From IMG/VR virus record IMGVR_UViG_3300023176_002544, positions 1-29,602 of that record: 29,602 nt of DNA; one strand, given 5' to 3'. Position numbers and translations under genes: made by a program. The notes below the pieces were generated by a model. The model had not been told where the DNA came from. It worked only from the letters and a program-made list of their open reading frames with translations, and did not search any database. This stretch comes from a virus. Lineage: Duplodnaviria; Caudoviricetes. This document shows, one piece after another, positions 15,113 to 24,463 of the stretch (the first letter of the stretch is position 1; each line of letters begins with the position of its first letter).

Positions 15113-17210
15113 AGTAGAGATTGAACTAGTCTTAACAGGTGCAGAAAAAGCAGTTGATGGTTTTAAAGAGATTGGCGAGACTTCCAAAAAGATGGCCGAC
15201 CGATTCGCCAAGGACAATGAAAAACTTGGTGAAGGTCTTGGCAATATCACAACCAATGTCAAAGACATTGCAAGCTCAGTAAGAGGTTTAAGCACAGCAC
15301 TTTCAACAAGTGGCCAAGGCTTCATGGCCTTGATTGGTCCTATTGGAGCAGTGGCAGCCGCTGGCTATGCTTTATATGAGACCTTCTTAAATATCAGTGG
15401 GGCAGCACAAGAAGCAGAAGACCGAGCCGAAGCAATGGCAGCGGCAGCAAGTGACCTTCAAAGCAAGTTGGAAGCACTAGCAGAAAAAGGTGTAATCCTT
15501 ACCACTGAAGAGCTAAGGCGATTCTCAAGGGCTACCCTTGAAGCACAGCTTGCCAAAGAAGCAGTACAAAAGAGGATTGAAAAACTAACCCCAAAATATG
15601 CTGAACTAACCGAAGCACAAGAAGGCCTTAATCATGCTCAAAAGGTTTACAATGAAGGAAACATTGGTGATGTTCTATTGCAGGCCATTGGGTGGACTGA
15701 TGACTTAACGGAGTCAAGAGAGCGACTTGTTGAAGCAAACAGAGCCTTGAATCAATCTTTAGATAAGATTCTACCCACACAACTTGAAGCCAATAAGAAA
15801 CTGAGCGAAGCGGCCAAACAAGAGAAAGAGCTTGAAGAGACCAGCAATGAAGCGAGACTTGCAAGGATAAAAGAAAACCAAACAAGACTTGATACAATTA
15901 GACTTCTTGAAGCAGAAACTATCAAGACAGAAGAGCAAGCCAAGGTCTTCGATGCTGTTCAAAAACAAAAGAAGGCCATTCTTGAACTTGACCTTGAGCG
16001 AAACAAGGAAAATAAAGAGTTCTTAAAAACACTCGATGAAAGATTAAAAGGTGAAGTCAAGTCACTTGAAGAAAGTGGAAAAGCAAGAAGGATCATCGAA
16101 GCCAGGGGCCTTAAAGAAGTTGAGGACATAAGAAAGGCAGCAAGGGAAAAAGAGCAAGCAGAAGAAGAAAAAGCAAGGGCAAGGAGACAAGCCCAAAGAG
16201 CTGCGGCCAATGCCAAGGCCCAAGCAATGGCAAGACAAAGACAAGCCGAAGAAGCCCAAATCAGACAACTTGGTTATGAGCAACTAAGGCTTGATGGGAT
16301 TGCAGAAGCAGACCTTCTCAAATTGCAATATGATGACAGCTTAAAACTTGTTGGTGATAATGCTAATAAGAAGTTAATCATTGAAATGAAGTATCAAAAT
16401 GACCTTCAAAGATTGCAACAAGAGCAGCAAGCAAGACTTGAAGCAGATATGCAAGAGCAAGCAAGACTTGAAGCTGAAAACCAGGCAAGACTTGCTGAAC
16501 AAAGGCAAGCCTTTATTTATTCAACCATGGAATTTAACAGCCAACGGATTGAAGACGAGACAGAGAGACAACTTGCACAGCTTGAACTGAGATATAACAA
16601 AGAGATAGCACTTAATGAATATACACAAGACCAAATAACTGAGCTTCAAAGAAGGCAAGCAATAGAGCGTGAAGAGATAATCAATGCTTCCATTGATTCA
16701 CAGATTCAAAAAGTTGGAGAGTTCACCAATCAATATGGTGCTGGCCTTGCAGAAGCAGCCTATAATTCTTTGCTATTTGGTGAGAGCTTCCAAGAAAGTG
16801 TTGGCCAAATGTTGATTGCACTTGGTAGGCAGGCAGCGGTTGAAAGTCTCATGGAGACAGCAAAAGGAACAGCCGCTTTATTCACTAATCCTGCACTTGC
16901 TACAAATCACTTTGCAGCCGCTGGCTTATTTGCAGGAGCAGCTGCCACTGCAGGACTTGCAGGCAAAGCACTTGGTGGAGGTACTAGCGGTGGAAGTGGT
17001 GGTGCAGGTTCAGCTTCACCAACAGGAACACCACAGACAGCACCAACACCACAAAGAGAACAAGCAGACACGCAAGCCATGGTATTCAATATCAACTTTG
17101 GTGGTGCTGTGATATATGATACACAGAGAGCAGCCGAACAAGCACTTGCAGATAGAATCACAAACTTGCAGAATACAAGAAGACGTGGTGCACCAAGGAG
17201 ACAATTCTAA
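15099..17210 (+). CDS. Tail tape measure protein
   Basis: 703 aa, Ala/Glu/Gln/Lys-rich coiled coil with hydrophobic Ala/Gly stretches; AAGGAG RBS; follows the chaperones. Confidence 0.9.
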   Translation: MATNEVEIELVLTGAEKAVDGFKEIGETSKKMADRFAKDNEKLGEGLGNITTNVKDIASSVRGLSTALSTSGQGFMALIGPIGAVAAAGYALYETFLNISGAAQEAEDRAEAMAAAASDLQSKLEALAEKGVILTTEELRRFSRATLEAQLAKEAVQKRIEKLTPKYAELTEAQEGLNHAQKVYNEGNIGDVLLQAIGWTDDLTESRERLVEANRALNQSLDKILPTQLEANKKLSEAAKQEKELEETSNEARLARIKENQTRLDTIRLLEAETIKTEEQAKVFDAVQKQKKAILELDLERNKENKEFLKTLDERLKGEVKSLEESGKARRIIEARGLKEVEDIRKAAREKEQAEEEKARARRQAQRAAANAKAQAMARQRQAEEAQIRQLGYEQLRLDGIAEADLLKLQYDDSLKLVGDNANKKLIIEMKYQNDLQRLQQEQQARLEADMQEQARLEAENQARLAEQRQAFIYSTMEFNSQRIEDETERQLAQLELRYNKEIALNEYTQDQITELQRRQAIEREEIINASIDSQIQKVGEFTNQYGAGLAEAAYNSLLFGESFQESVGQMLIALGRQAAVESLMETAKGTAALFTNPALATNHFAAAGLFAGAAATAGLAGKALGGGTSGGSGGAGSASPTGTPQTAPTPQREQADTQAMVFNINFGGAVIYDTQRAAEQALADRITNLQNTRRRGAPRRQF
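16428..16497 (+). repeat. Short tandem repeats (QARLEA x2, QARLAE) in the tape measure
   Basis: CAAGCAAGACTTGAAGC at 16428 and 16458; degenerate third copy at 16482. Confidence 0.75.
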
Positions 17211-18412
17211 TGCCATTAAATAACCCAGCTCCACAATTTGGCTTACTTACTTCTTGGGATATGAGAAGCCTATCAAGTGTTGAACTTTTCACAAGGCCAG
17301 GCGGTGCGGTGAATATGCCCACCTTTAGCAGTGGCCAAGGTATCTATGAAGACGTGCTTTTCTTTCTCAATAACAGAGAGAGTAACACTTCAGTGAATGG
17401 AACTAGACAACTGCAAACGGATTCCACCTTTGGGCTTACTTCTTCTTGGTCGATCACCATCAACGAGAATGACAAGGTGGTCATTACTTCAGATACAAAG
17501 TTCGACTTAGTGCCTTTGGGATCAAGTGATCCAATGGGCTTTGGCAATGCAACCTTGACAGCCACAGCGACAGGTGCAAATTGGGAAGTGATAGCACCAA
17601 ATGATTGGCAGCGTGGCCTTGCTGCCCTCGAGGACACCTTTTACAGAATAGATGAAGTGGGCGGTGCTGGCACTTTCAACTTCCCCAACAACGTGCCTGA
17701 TGTTCAAGACATCACCACCTTTTTAAGGTTAACAGAAGGTGATCTTGATGACTTCAGTCTTCAAAGCCTTACCGAGCTTGACAATGCAGCACAATCAACA
17801 AGTGATATTTATTGGTCAATAGATGACAATGGTTTTACTCATTGCTTTTATCCAACAAGTGCAGGTGCTATCACATGGAGCAACACAACCATAAGAGACC
17901 TACTTGGATTCACAGGGAACGAAACAACCACGACAAGTGGAAGTTACAGCAGATTGACTTCAACCCACAAGAACAGTGGGGCCTTATTACCATCAAGACC
18001 TTACCAATCACACCACCTTCAAGTTCAGAATGTTGGACAGAGCAGAAGAAAAATTGGTGGTGGTTATGTCACAAACTTTGTTGGTTCTTACGTTACTTCT
18101 ATATTGCTCTTTGACCTTGATGCACTACTTGACCAAAGTGATGACTATAGACACTTTACAAATAGGTTTTTGCCATTGGTCGGGCCAGGTGAAAGAATCA
18201 ACTTTTACCAATGTTGGGGGGATAGTAGGCGAGCGTTAAGGACTGCTCAAGTGGTAGGAAGTCAAGAAGCGTATGACCTTCTTTACACTTCAGAAGACAA
18301 TGGTGAGTTTGGAAGGATAAGAGCAAGTCTTTTGACTGCAGAATATGACCTTGCTTATCCATCAAGACTTCAAAGACGTGTTCCTGTTTCCATGGAGATT
18401 GAACACTTATGA
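17210..18412 (+). CDS. Tail tip/distal tail-like structural protein
   Basis: 400 aa, Ser/Thr/Asp-rich, coupled to the tape measure stop; synteny only. Confidence 0.55.
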   Translation: MPLNNPAPQFGLLTSWDMRSLSSVELFTRPGGAVNMPTFSSGQGIYEDVLFFLNNRESNTSVNGTRQLQTDSTFGLTSSWSITINENDKVVITSDTKFDLVPLGSSDPMGFGNATLTATATGANWEVIAPNDWQRGLAALEDTFYRIDEVGGAGTFNFPNNVPDVQDITTFLRLTEGDLDDFSLQSLTELDNAAQSTSDIYWSIDDNGFTHCFYPTSAGAITWSNTTIRDLLGFTGNETTTTSGSYSRLTSTHKNSGALLPSRPYQSHHLQVQNVGQSRRKIGGGYVTNFVGSYVTSILLFDLDALLDQSDDYRHFTNRFLPLVGPGERINFYQCWGDSRRALRTAQVVGSQEAYDLLYTSEDNGEFGRIRASLLTAEYDLAYPSRLQRRVPVSMEIEHL

Positions 18413-19470
18413 GCAACACCTTTACAAGCACACCAACACTTGTTGATTCGGGGCGAGTATCAGCAAGCCAAACAATAAGAACAACGGAAGCCGCAAGGCT
18501 TGGAGACTTGCAAAATTATTGCTTTGCCTATGGTGGAACAGGTGATGTAGTCAACCAATGTTGGGATGCTGGTGTTTTATATATCGATAATGCTTCAAGT
18601 GGTGATATTTGCGAATGGTATATCCCAAGACCTTCCAACCTTCACAACACTTTCAAGTTCAGAGTGGCTTGCTTTACTACCAAGTCAGGTTCAAGCGTTC
18701 AATGTGAAATCAAGTTCCCTATTTCGGGCAACTCTTACAACGCAAGCACCACCATCACAGATGGCTCAAGGTATGCTTCAGTTTTTGAAGAATTAACTGT
18801 CAGTGTCACAGGAACAGAGACAGAGCTTTATTGCATTTGTCGATTGAATGTAACAGCTCTAAGTGGTTCGGGTAGCATTGTGGAAATCTCCAATGTTGCA
18901 GGTAGGTGGTCACCATTGACTTCACCACTGAATACTTCACCACTTGGTCAAGGTAGTGATTCATTTATTCCCCAAGGGATAAGCAGACTAGGCCAAGACT
19001 TTCCTTTGCCTGCAAGGTTCGGAGTGCAAACAATAGAGAATATCGAAGTGCTTAGGAAGAGAGGAAGAACCTTGCTTAATTGGTCGGGTGCAGAAAGATT
19101 CAGTTCTTTGGTGAGTCCTGCTAAGGGGCTTGGAATAGCAGATGTTGAAGTCATGTTCTCTAAAGCTGCCTTGTTTGCTGGCATGAACCAAGTCAACCTT
19201 GATGTGGATATATTCTTAAAGATTGTCAACCATAGCTCAGGCACTAGCTTTGACATCTTTGGCCATAGGCTAACACCTGCCACCAATGGGTGGAATAGCT
19301 TTGGGGTGACATTAAGGCTTGATGAATCACCACTAAGCAATGAGTTTAACTTGTCTATGTATCGTGTCGGAGTTGAGAACACAGAAACCAATGGTAACAA
19401 TCTGCTAAACTTTAACAATCGTGTTTCAAGTGATATGTATATTAGCGCAATATCCATCATAGGAGTTTAA
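18409..19470 (+). CDS. Tail structural protein
   Basis: 353 aa, beta-rich, with a GGAG RBS and ATGA coupling; in the tail module. Confidence 0.5.
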   Translation: MSNTFTSTPTLVDSGRVSASQTIRTTEAARLGDLQNYCFAYGGTGDVVNQCWDAGVLYIDNASSGDICEWYIPRPSNLHNTFKFRVACFTTKSGSSVQCEIKFPISGNSYNASTTITDGSRYASVFEELTVSVTGTETELYCICRLNVTALSGSGSIVEISNVAGRWSPLTSPLNTSPLGQGSDSFIPQGISRLGQDFPLPARFGVQTIENIEVLRKRGRTLLNWSGAERFSSLVSPAKGLGIADVEVMFSKAALFAGMNQVNLDVDIFLKIVNHSSGTSFDIFGHRLTPATNGWNSFGVTLRLDESPLSNEFNLSMYRVGVENTETNGNNLLNFNNRVSSDMYISAISIIGV

Positions 19471-19472
19471 TA

Positions 19473-20081
19473 ATGCTTATCCCCACAGGCTTTGCAAAAT
19501 TGCCTTCTATTGATTCTTGTTATAACAACCAACTTGTTTTTGGTGGTACAGTTGGACAGTTAGCCAATGGCCTTGCACAGCTTTCTAATTGCAAGTTTCT
19601 TGGTGAAGCCCATTACCACATAGGCCAAGAAGTACCAAGTGCTATTGGTGGAGCGACCAACACCAACACCACCTTGAAGCTATCCACCACTACATGGAAC
19701 TTGCTTTATCAATCCACACCACTTTCAACACACTTGGCAGTTATCGCTTATTATAAGGCAGGTAATTACAGCTTTGGTCCATACTTGCAATTCAGCTTAA
19801 GGGCTACCTTTGCGAATAGCTACACAGGTGCGGTTCTCGATTATGGGTGCAAGTTCCAAGCTGGTATTGACCTTGCACATGAAAGAGACAATCTACAAGA
19901 AGCCTTCACAGGTTGTGAGCTCATACCCGCACCAACTAACACAAGTCCCGAACCACCAAGGCCTTTGTATGTGCCTTTAGCTCATAGGGGTAGTTTGTTG
20001 AATGTGGTGGTGGAAAGTCAAAACTTGCTTCCCTATAGTGTCCATATTTATGATGTATTAATACCAGAGGTGACAGTATGA
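19473..20081 (+). CDS. Tail structural protein
   Basis: 202 aa with an AGGAG RBS; in the tail module. Confidence 0.5.
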   Translation: MLIPTGFAKLPSIDSCYNNQLVFGGTVGQLANGLAQLSNCKFLGEAHYHIGQEVPSAIGGATNTNTTLKLSTTTWNLLYQSTPLSTHLAVIAYYKAGNYSFGPYLQFSLRATFANSYTGAVLDYGCKFQAGIDLAHERDNLQEAFTGCELIPAPTNTSPEPPRPLYVPLAHRGSLLNVVVESQNLLPYSVHIYDVLIPEVTV

Positions 20082-23000
20082 CAGTCTCAAGCTCACATGG
20101 TAGGCGAGTCTTTGCCCTTCAAGTCAGTGGCCTTGAATACCGTTATCACAGCAATACACCACCAAGTTCAAGCAATCTTGATTCAACTATAACAAGCTCG
20201 ATTGATTACATTGACCAAGAAGGGATTGTGTCAGTTGGTGCTTTTAGTGCAAGCATAGACCCAAGTGGAGGGGTAGCCCAATATGGTGCACTATCCATCA
20301 CTTTGCAGATTGATAAGAAGGCTGGCCTTGGTGATCCTGGCATTATCTTTGGTCGATGTGGTGCAAGAAGTGCAGGCACTAGGGCACAGTTAACAAATGA
20401 TGCAGACCGAACCACCACCACCTTTGAAGTTGATACCAACTTAACAAGTCTGACTTATCCAAGGTTGCTTCATATTGGTTCAGAGACTGTGAGAGCAAGT
20501 AGTGCAACCACTAACACAGTGACAGTGACAAGAGGACAAGGAAACACCACACCACAAAACCACAGCATAAGCCTTGAAGGTTCTTTTGTTCCCGAACTTA
20601 CAACAGAGATCACCACCTTTAGAGGTCGAAGGGCTAAACTGTTTTGTGCTCATAGGTATGCAGATGGATCAACAAGTGATTATGTGGAGATTGTAAATGG
20701 GTTCATCGAGCAAAGCCCGAACATTGAAGAAGGTGATACTATCTCTTTATCAATCGTTCCATTGACAGCCTTGATTGATACTGACCTAACAGACAAGATC
20801 AACCAAACACAGTTGCTTCAAGACTACCACTACTATGACGGTATTAATGGAAGTGCTTTAGAATATGCCCTTGGTCGGTCACATGATTCTAGCTTTGACC
20901 CCATAAGACTTTATGTTGACACTAGTGCAAGCATAACAGCCAACACCTTCCAAGTGACAGTTGACCAAATACAAGGCTATCAACATATACTTGATGACTT
21001 TGACCCTACCTTGCCAGGAGGGCCAGACCTTGATGATTATAGACATGAACACCCACGTTATCCAAAGTTGACAAGGTTGACAGATAGCAGAACAGAAACA
21101 GATGGTGTATTCCCAACAGCGACAGCCTTTAGCCTTAGCCTTCCTGGCTATGTCATTAATGCAGACAGCACACCGGGCAACGCTTTAACAGCTGGTGAAA
21201 TCACAGCCACAGAAACATTCACAGTCTCTTCAAGTACTGAGATTAAGCAGCATGAACTTGGAAGTGCAGAAGTGAAGCGGTGGCCTAATGTCATAAATGA
21301 TACTCTTGAAAGTGAAGGGCCTAGCTCAGTCACAGGTTTAAGCGGTGGTGTGGCAAAGTGGAGAATTAATGCTGAAAACCAAATAAGAGCCACCAAGTTG
21401 AGTAGCTCACCTTTCATTGCTACAGTCACCTTATGGACACACAGAACACCTTACGAGCAATGGCAAACAAGCAGCGCTGAATCACAAAGTAGCCGCTTTC
21501 CTTGGGCTTGGTCGGCCAATGGAACAAACTACATGCTCGATGACCTATCAAGGTTAAGCTACCCCATAGACATTGGACAAGGTGAAGACCCCTATTTGGA
21601 TTCACCAACCCAAGGCGATATTGGCTATTATAAGATAGCAAGGCTTTGGAGGATTGAAGATAGTGGCTCAATATTACCTGTGAGGGATATTGCAAAGGCC
21701 TACTATCAATTATATGAATCAGCCATCTTGGTTGAAAACAGTCTTGGTCTTCCTACTTCAGAAACAGCTGGTGTTAGCTATGACATTATTGTGTCATACT
21801 ATGACCGAACAAGCGACAGCATAAAGCGGCAGTCTTTCAAAGCAAGCCATGAGACCACAGCCACCTTTGGTGGAACAGATGTTGGTGTACTTATCCATAT
21901 AAGTAGTGAAAACGACTTTACCCAACAAGTGAGCTTTGGAGATTGGACCGACAAGGAAAGAACCTTGCTGTTTAGAGGTTCATCTTTAATAAGGGAAGAT
22001 GTTGGAACTATCCTTTTAAGATTGCTTGAAAGTGGTGGAGGTGGCCAAATTAATGGCACTTATGACACCTTAGCCATTGGCTTCAATATCAACAGTACAG
22101 ATATTGATGAAGAATCATTCTTGGCTATTGGTTCAAGTTGTCCTTTCTCACTCACCAATAGGTTCGCAGGTGATGGCACGAACTTGAGAGACATCTTTGA
22201 GAGTCTTCTTAAGTTGGTTGGTGCTGTGCTCATTATGAAGCGAGACGAAACCACAGGAAGAAGTAAGATCACTCTTCAAGCCATTGGCCAAGAAAGATTG
22301 GTTGATGTGTCCGCTACTATTGCCAATGGTGATTGGCTTGCAGATGAACCACCACATTGGGATATTTATGATGATATAGTCACTCAGATTAAATATGAGT
22401 TCGATTATGACCCAGCAGAAGATAAGTTTCTAAGTGAAGTAGTTTTCAATAACCAAGAAGCGATCAACCGTTTTGGCGGTGAAAGCTCCAAGATTACCTT
22501 GTCTTTGCCTGGTGTCTCTTCCAATGATGTTGGTCGTTTTGCAGGTGATAGGTTTGCACGTTTCCTTCCCACGTCTAACAGAATATTCAATATTCTATCC
22601 AATCCCTTAAGGCTTTGGCGAGGGGCTATTGGCAGCGGTCCAAGTATCTTCCTTGATGTTGGTTCTTACATAGCTGTGAACAGTCCTCATCTTCGTGGCT
22701 ATTCAGATAGCTATGGAGTCACCAATGGTGTGGGAATGATACGAAGCATTAACCAAGAATTAATGGGTGAAGGTTGCACTCTTGAGATATTGACCACAGG
22801 ACTTTCCCCTGTAGCTTGGAACGCTACTGCCACAGTAAGCACAATCACAAGCACAACCAAGGTTGAAGTCAAGGCTAACGACTACAGTAGAACGGACAGT
22901 GCAGATGTTAACTTCTTTGCAGTTGGTGATGTTGTGGACTATTTGCCTAATGGCAATCACGATGCTGCTATCACAGGACTAGAGATTGATTCCATCAGTG

Positions 23001-23164
23001 GCAACATTATCACCTTCACCACTTCCCATGGTATCACCACCACAGAAGGAACACTTGAACCCACTACTTACGCCAATGCAAGCACCACCCACCAAAGTGA
23101 TGCTTACCTTGCAAACAGTGCAAACTTAATCAACTCAACAGTACCAGCACAGGAGTATTCATAA
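20078..23164 (+). CDS. Large tail tip/hub protein
   Basis: 1028 aa, Thr/Ser-rich; motifs such as LHIGSETVR..VTRG and TFRGRRAKL; in the expected position for a hub or central fibre. Confidence 0.65.
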   Translation: MTVSSSHGRRVFALQVSGLEYRYHSNTPPSSSNLDSTITSSIDYIDQEGIVSVGAFSASIDPSGGVAQYGALSITLQIDKKAGLGDPGIIFGRCGARSAGTRAQLTNDADRTTTTFEVDTNLTSLTYPRLLHIGSETVRASSATTNTVTVTRGQGNTTPQNHSISLEGSFVPELTTEITTFRGRRAKLFCAHRYADGSTSDYVEIVNGFIEQSPNIEEGDTISLSIVPLTALIDTDLTDKINQTQLLQDYHYYDGINGSALEYALGRSHDSSFDPIRLYVDTSASITANTFQVTVDQIQGYQHILDDFDPTLPGGPDLDDYRHEHPRYPKLTRLTDSRTETDGVFPTATAFSLSLPGYVINADSTPGNALTAGEITATETFTVSSSTEIKQHELGSAEVKRWPNVINDTLESEGPSSVTGLSGGVAKWRINAENQIRATKLSSSPFIATVTLWTHRTPYEQWQTSSAESQSSRFPWAWSANGTNYMLDDLSRLSYPIDIGQGEDPYLDSPTQGDIGYYKIARLWRIEDSGSILPVRDIAKAYYQLYESAILVENSLGLPTSETAGVSYDIIVSYYDRTSDSIKRQSFKASHETTATFGGTDVGVLIHISSENDFTQQVSFGDWTDKERTLLFRGSSLIREDVGTILLRLLESGGGGQINGTYDTLAIGFNINSTDIDEESFLAIGSSCPFSLTNRFAGDGTNLRDIFESLLKLVGAVLIMKRDETTGRSKITLQAIGQERLVDVSATIANGDWLADEPPHWDIYDDIVTQIKYEFDYDPAEDKFLSEVVFNNQEAINRFGGESSKITLSLPGVSSNDVGRFAGDRFARFLPTSNRIFNILSNPLRLWRGAIGSGPSIFLDVGSYIAVNSPHLRGYSDSYGVTNGVGMIRSINQELMGEGCTLEILTTGLSPVAWNATATVSTITSTTKVEVKANDYSRTDSADVNFFAVGDVVDYLPNGNHDAAITGLEIDSISGNIITFTTSHGITTTEGTLEPTTYANASTTHQSDAYLANSANLINSTVPAQEYS

Positions 23165-23165
23165 G

Positions 23166-23834
23166 ATGCCTACCAAAGCCGAACTTGAAGCCAAGATTGA
23201 ATCATTAAACGAAGACCTTAGAAGACAGCAAAGGGCAATCAACCAACTGAACATTGACCTTGATGACTTGCCACCTGTGGCCTTCAACCAATTTACTGCA
23301 CCACATGCAAACGAGCATGCAAGGGAAGCAATCAACCGAGCACACAAAGAATGGGAACTTGTAGTCAAAGACCCTTCAAGCGGTGAACGTATTGACCTTT
23401 ATATCAAAAGCAGTCATGGCCTTAAGTGGTCTTGGGAAGAAAACTATACTCGCAACGGTCAGTTTGCTTGGTGTGGTGCTTTCGCTTCTTGGTGTTACAC
23501 TGATGTTAAGCAACCCATAAGAACCAAGATATTTCCTTCCTGTTATCGTATGTACAAAGCATGGTCCAACACTTCAAGACGTATTGATCCAATGAAGGTG
23601 CAGCCTGGTGATATTGTGGTTATTTATACAAGTAAGCGTTCAGTCCAAGGGGATCATATTACCTTGTGTGTTGATACAAGCAATATTAATGAAGGCTATA
23701 TCAACACGATTGAAGGGAACGCTAAAGGAACGCTTGGTGATGGAACTTATGGTGAAGGTGTCATCAAGCAAGAAAGAACCTTGGATAAGATTGCACATGT
23801 TTACAGATTGCTTGGAGAGGACTTTAACGAATGA
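23166..23834 (+). CDS. CHAP-family cysteine peptidase/amidase (endolysin-like) with N-terminal coiled coil
   Basis: AWCGAFASWC (catalytic Cys), QPGDIVVI, GDHITL (His) and INTIEGN. Confidence 0.85.
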   Translation: MPTKAELEAKIESLNEDLRRQQRAINQLNIDLDDLPPVAFNQFTAPHANEHAREAINRAHKEWELVVKDPSSGERIDLYIKSSHGLKWSWEENYTRNGQFAWCGAFASWCYTDVKQPIRTKIFPSCYRMYKAWSNTSRRIDPMKVQPGDIVVIYTSKRSVQGDHITLCVDTSNINEGYINTIEGNAKGTLGDGTYGEGVIKQERTLDKIAHVYRLLGEDFNE

Positions 23835-24073
23835 CCGACCAAGAAAAAACAGAACTACAGTTCAAGGACAAGATGGGAGGGAGGAAGGTGACAGCCTTCT
23901 ATGCTACCCTTGCAAGCTGTCTACTATTGGCACTACTCGACAAAGCACATGGTGAAGTCTTGGGTCTTATTGATACTTTGTTTTTCATTTATGCAGGTGC
24001 TAATGTAATGACTAAGAGGTCACCACAAATAAACGTTCAACAATCAAGCGAGGTTCAAAACAATGGGAAATAA
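23831..24073 (+). CDS. Putative holin (2 TM)
   Basis: 80 aa with GGRK followed by two hydrophobic helices; coupled to the CHAP gene. Confidence 0.65.
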   Translation: MTDQEKTELQFKDKMGGRKVTAFYATLASCLLLALLDKAHGEVLGLIDTLFFIYAGANVMTKRSPQINVQQSSEVQNNGK

Positions 24074-24452
24074 ACTAGGTGTTTCAAACCCTGTCTCAGC
24101 AGGTCAAGTAATCGGGTCTTACAATGCTTCAAGCGTAAGCGATACCGATTGGCACACACTAACAAGCAATGAGTTCTATGATGCAACCACAGGAACACAA
24201 CTTGCTGATGGATTGCAATTTGCTTTTGTGGCCTTAATCAGTTCATCGACTTCCACTCTTAGTTATTTGAAGCTAAGAGAAGCAAGTGGAGCAGGTGATG
24301 GAAAGACCAACACTGATGGGGTAATACCTGTCTTTGGTCGTTTTGAAGTTGACGTGCAAGCCCTTCAAGATGGTGCAAGTGTGACTTCGATTGCTTATGC
24401 CAAAGGTGCTACAGGTGACAGTGTTGTCCTTGTTGCTGGCTTCAATAAATAA
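24063..24452 (+). CDS. Small beta-rich virion protein (fibre-associated?)
   Basis: 129 aa, Ser/Thr/Gly/Ala-rich, GAGG RBS, directly before the fibre gene. Confidence 0.5.
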   Translation: MGNKLGVSNPVSAGQVIGSYNASSVSDTDWHTLTSNEFYDATTGTQLADGLQFAFVALISSSTSTLSYLKLREASGAGDGKTNTDGVIPVFGRFEVDVQALQDGASVTSIAYAKGATGDSVVLVAGFNK

Positions 24453-24463
24453 GGTGGTGATTC

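Noticed and set aside
18948-19460. 170-aa minus-strand ORF (and the many other short antisense or alternate-frame ORFs)
   Set aside because: They lie wholly opposite or within well-supported, coupled plus-strand genes and have no recognisable motifs, consistent with codon-bias shadows.
1885-24463. Archaeal host suggested by frequent GGTGA-type RBS (before 1899, 10031, 10948, 20078, 24464)
   Set aside because: GGTGA also pairs with the bacterial anti-SD, other genes use AAGGAG, and the CHAP hydrolase, holin and spanin-like genes point to a bacterial host.
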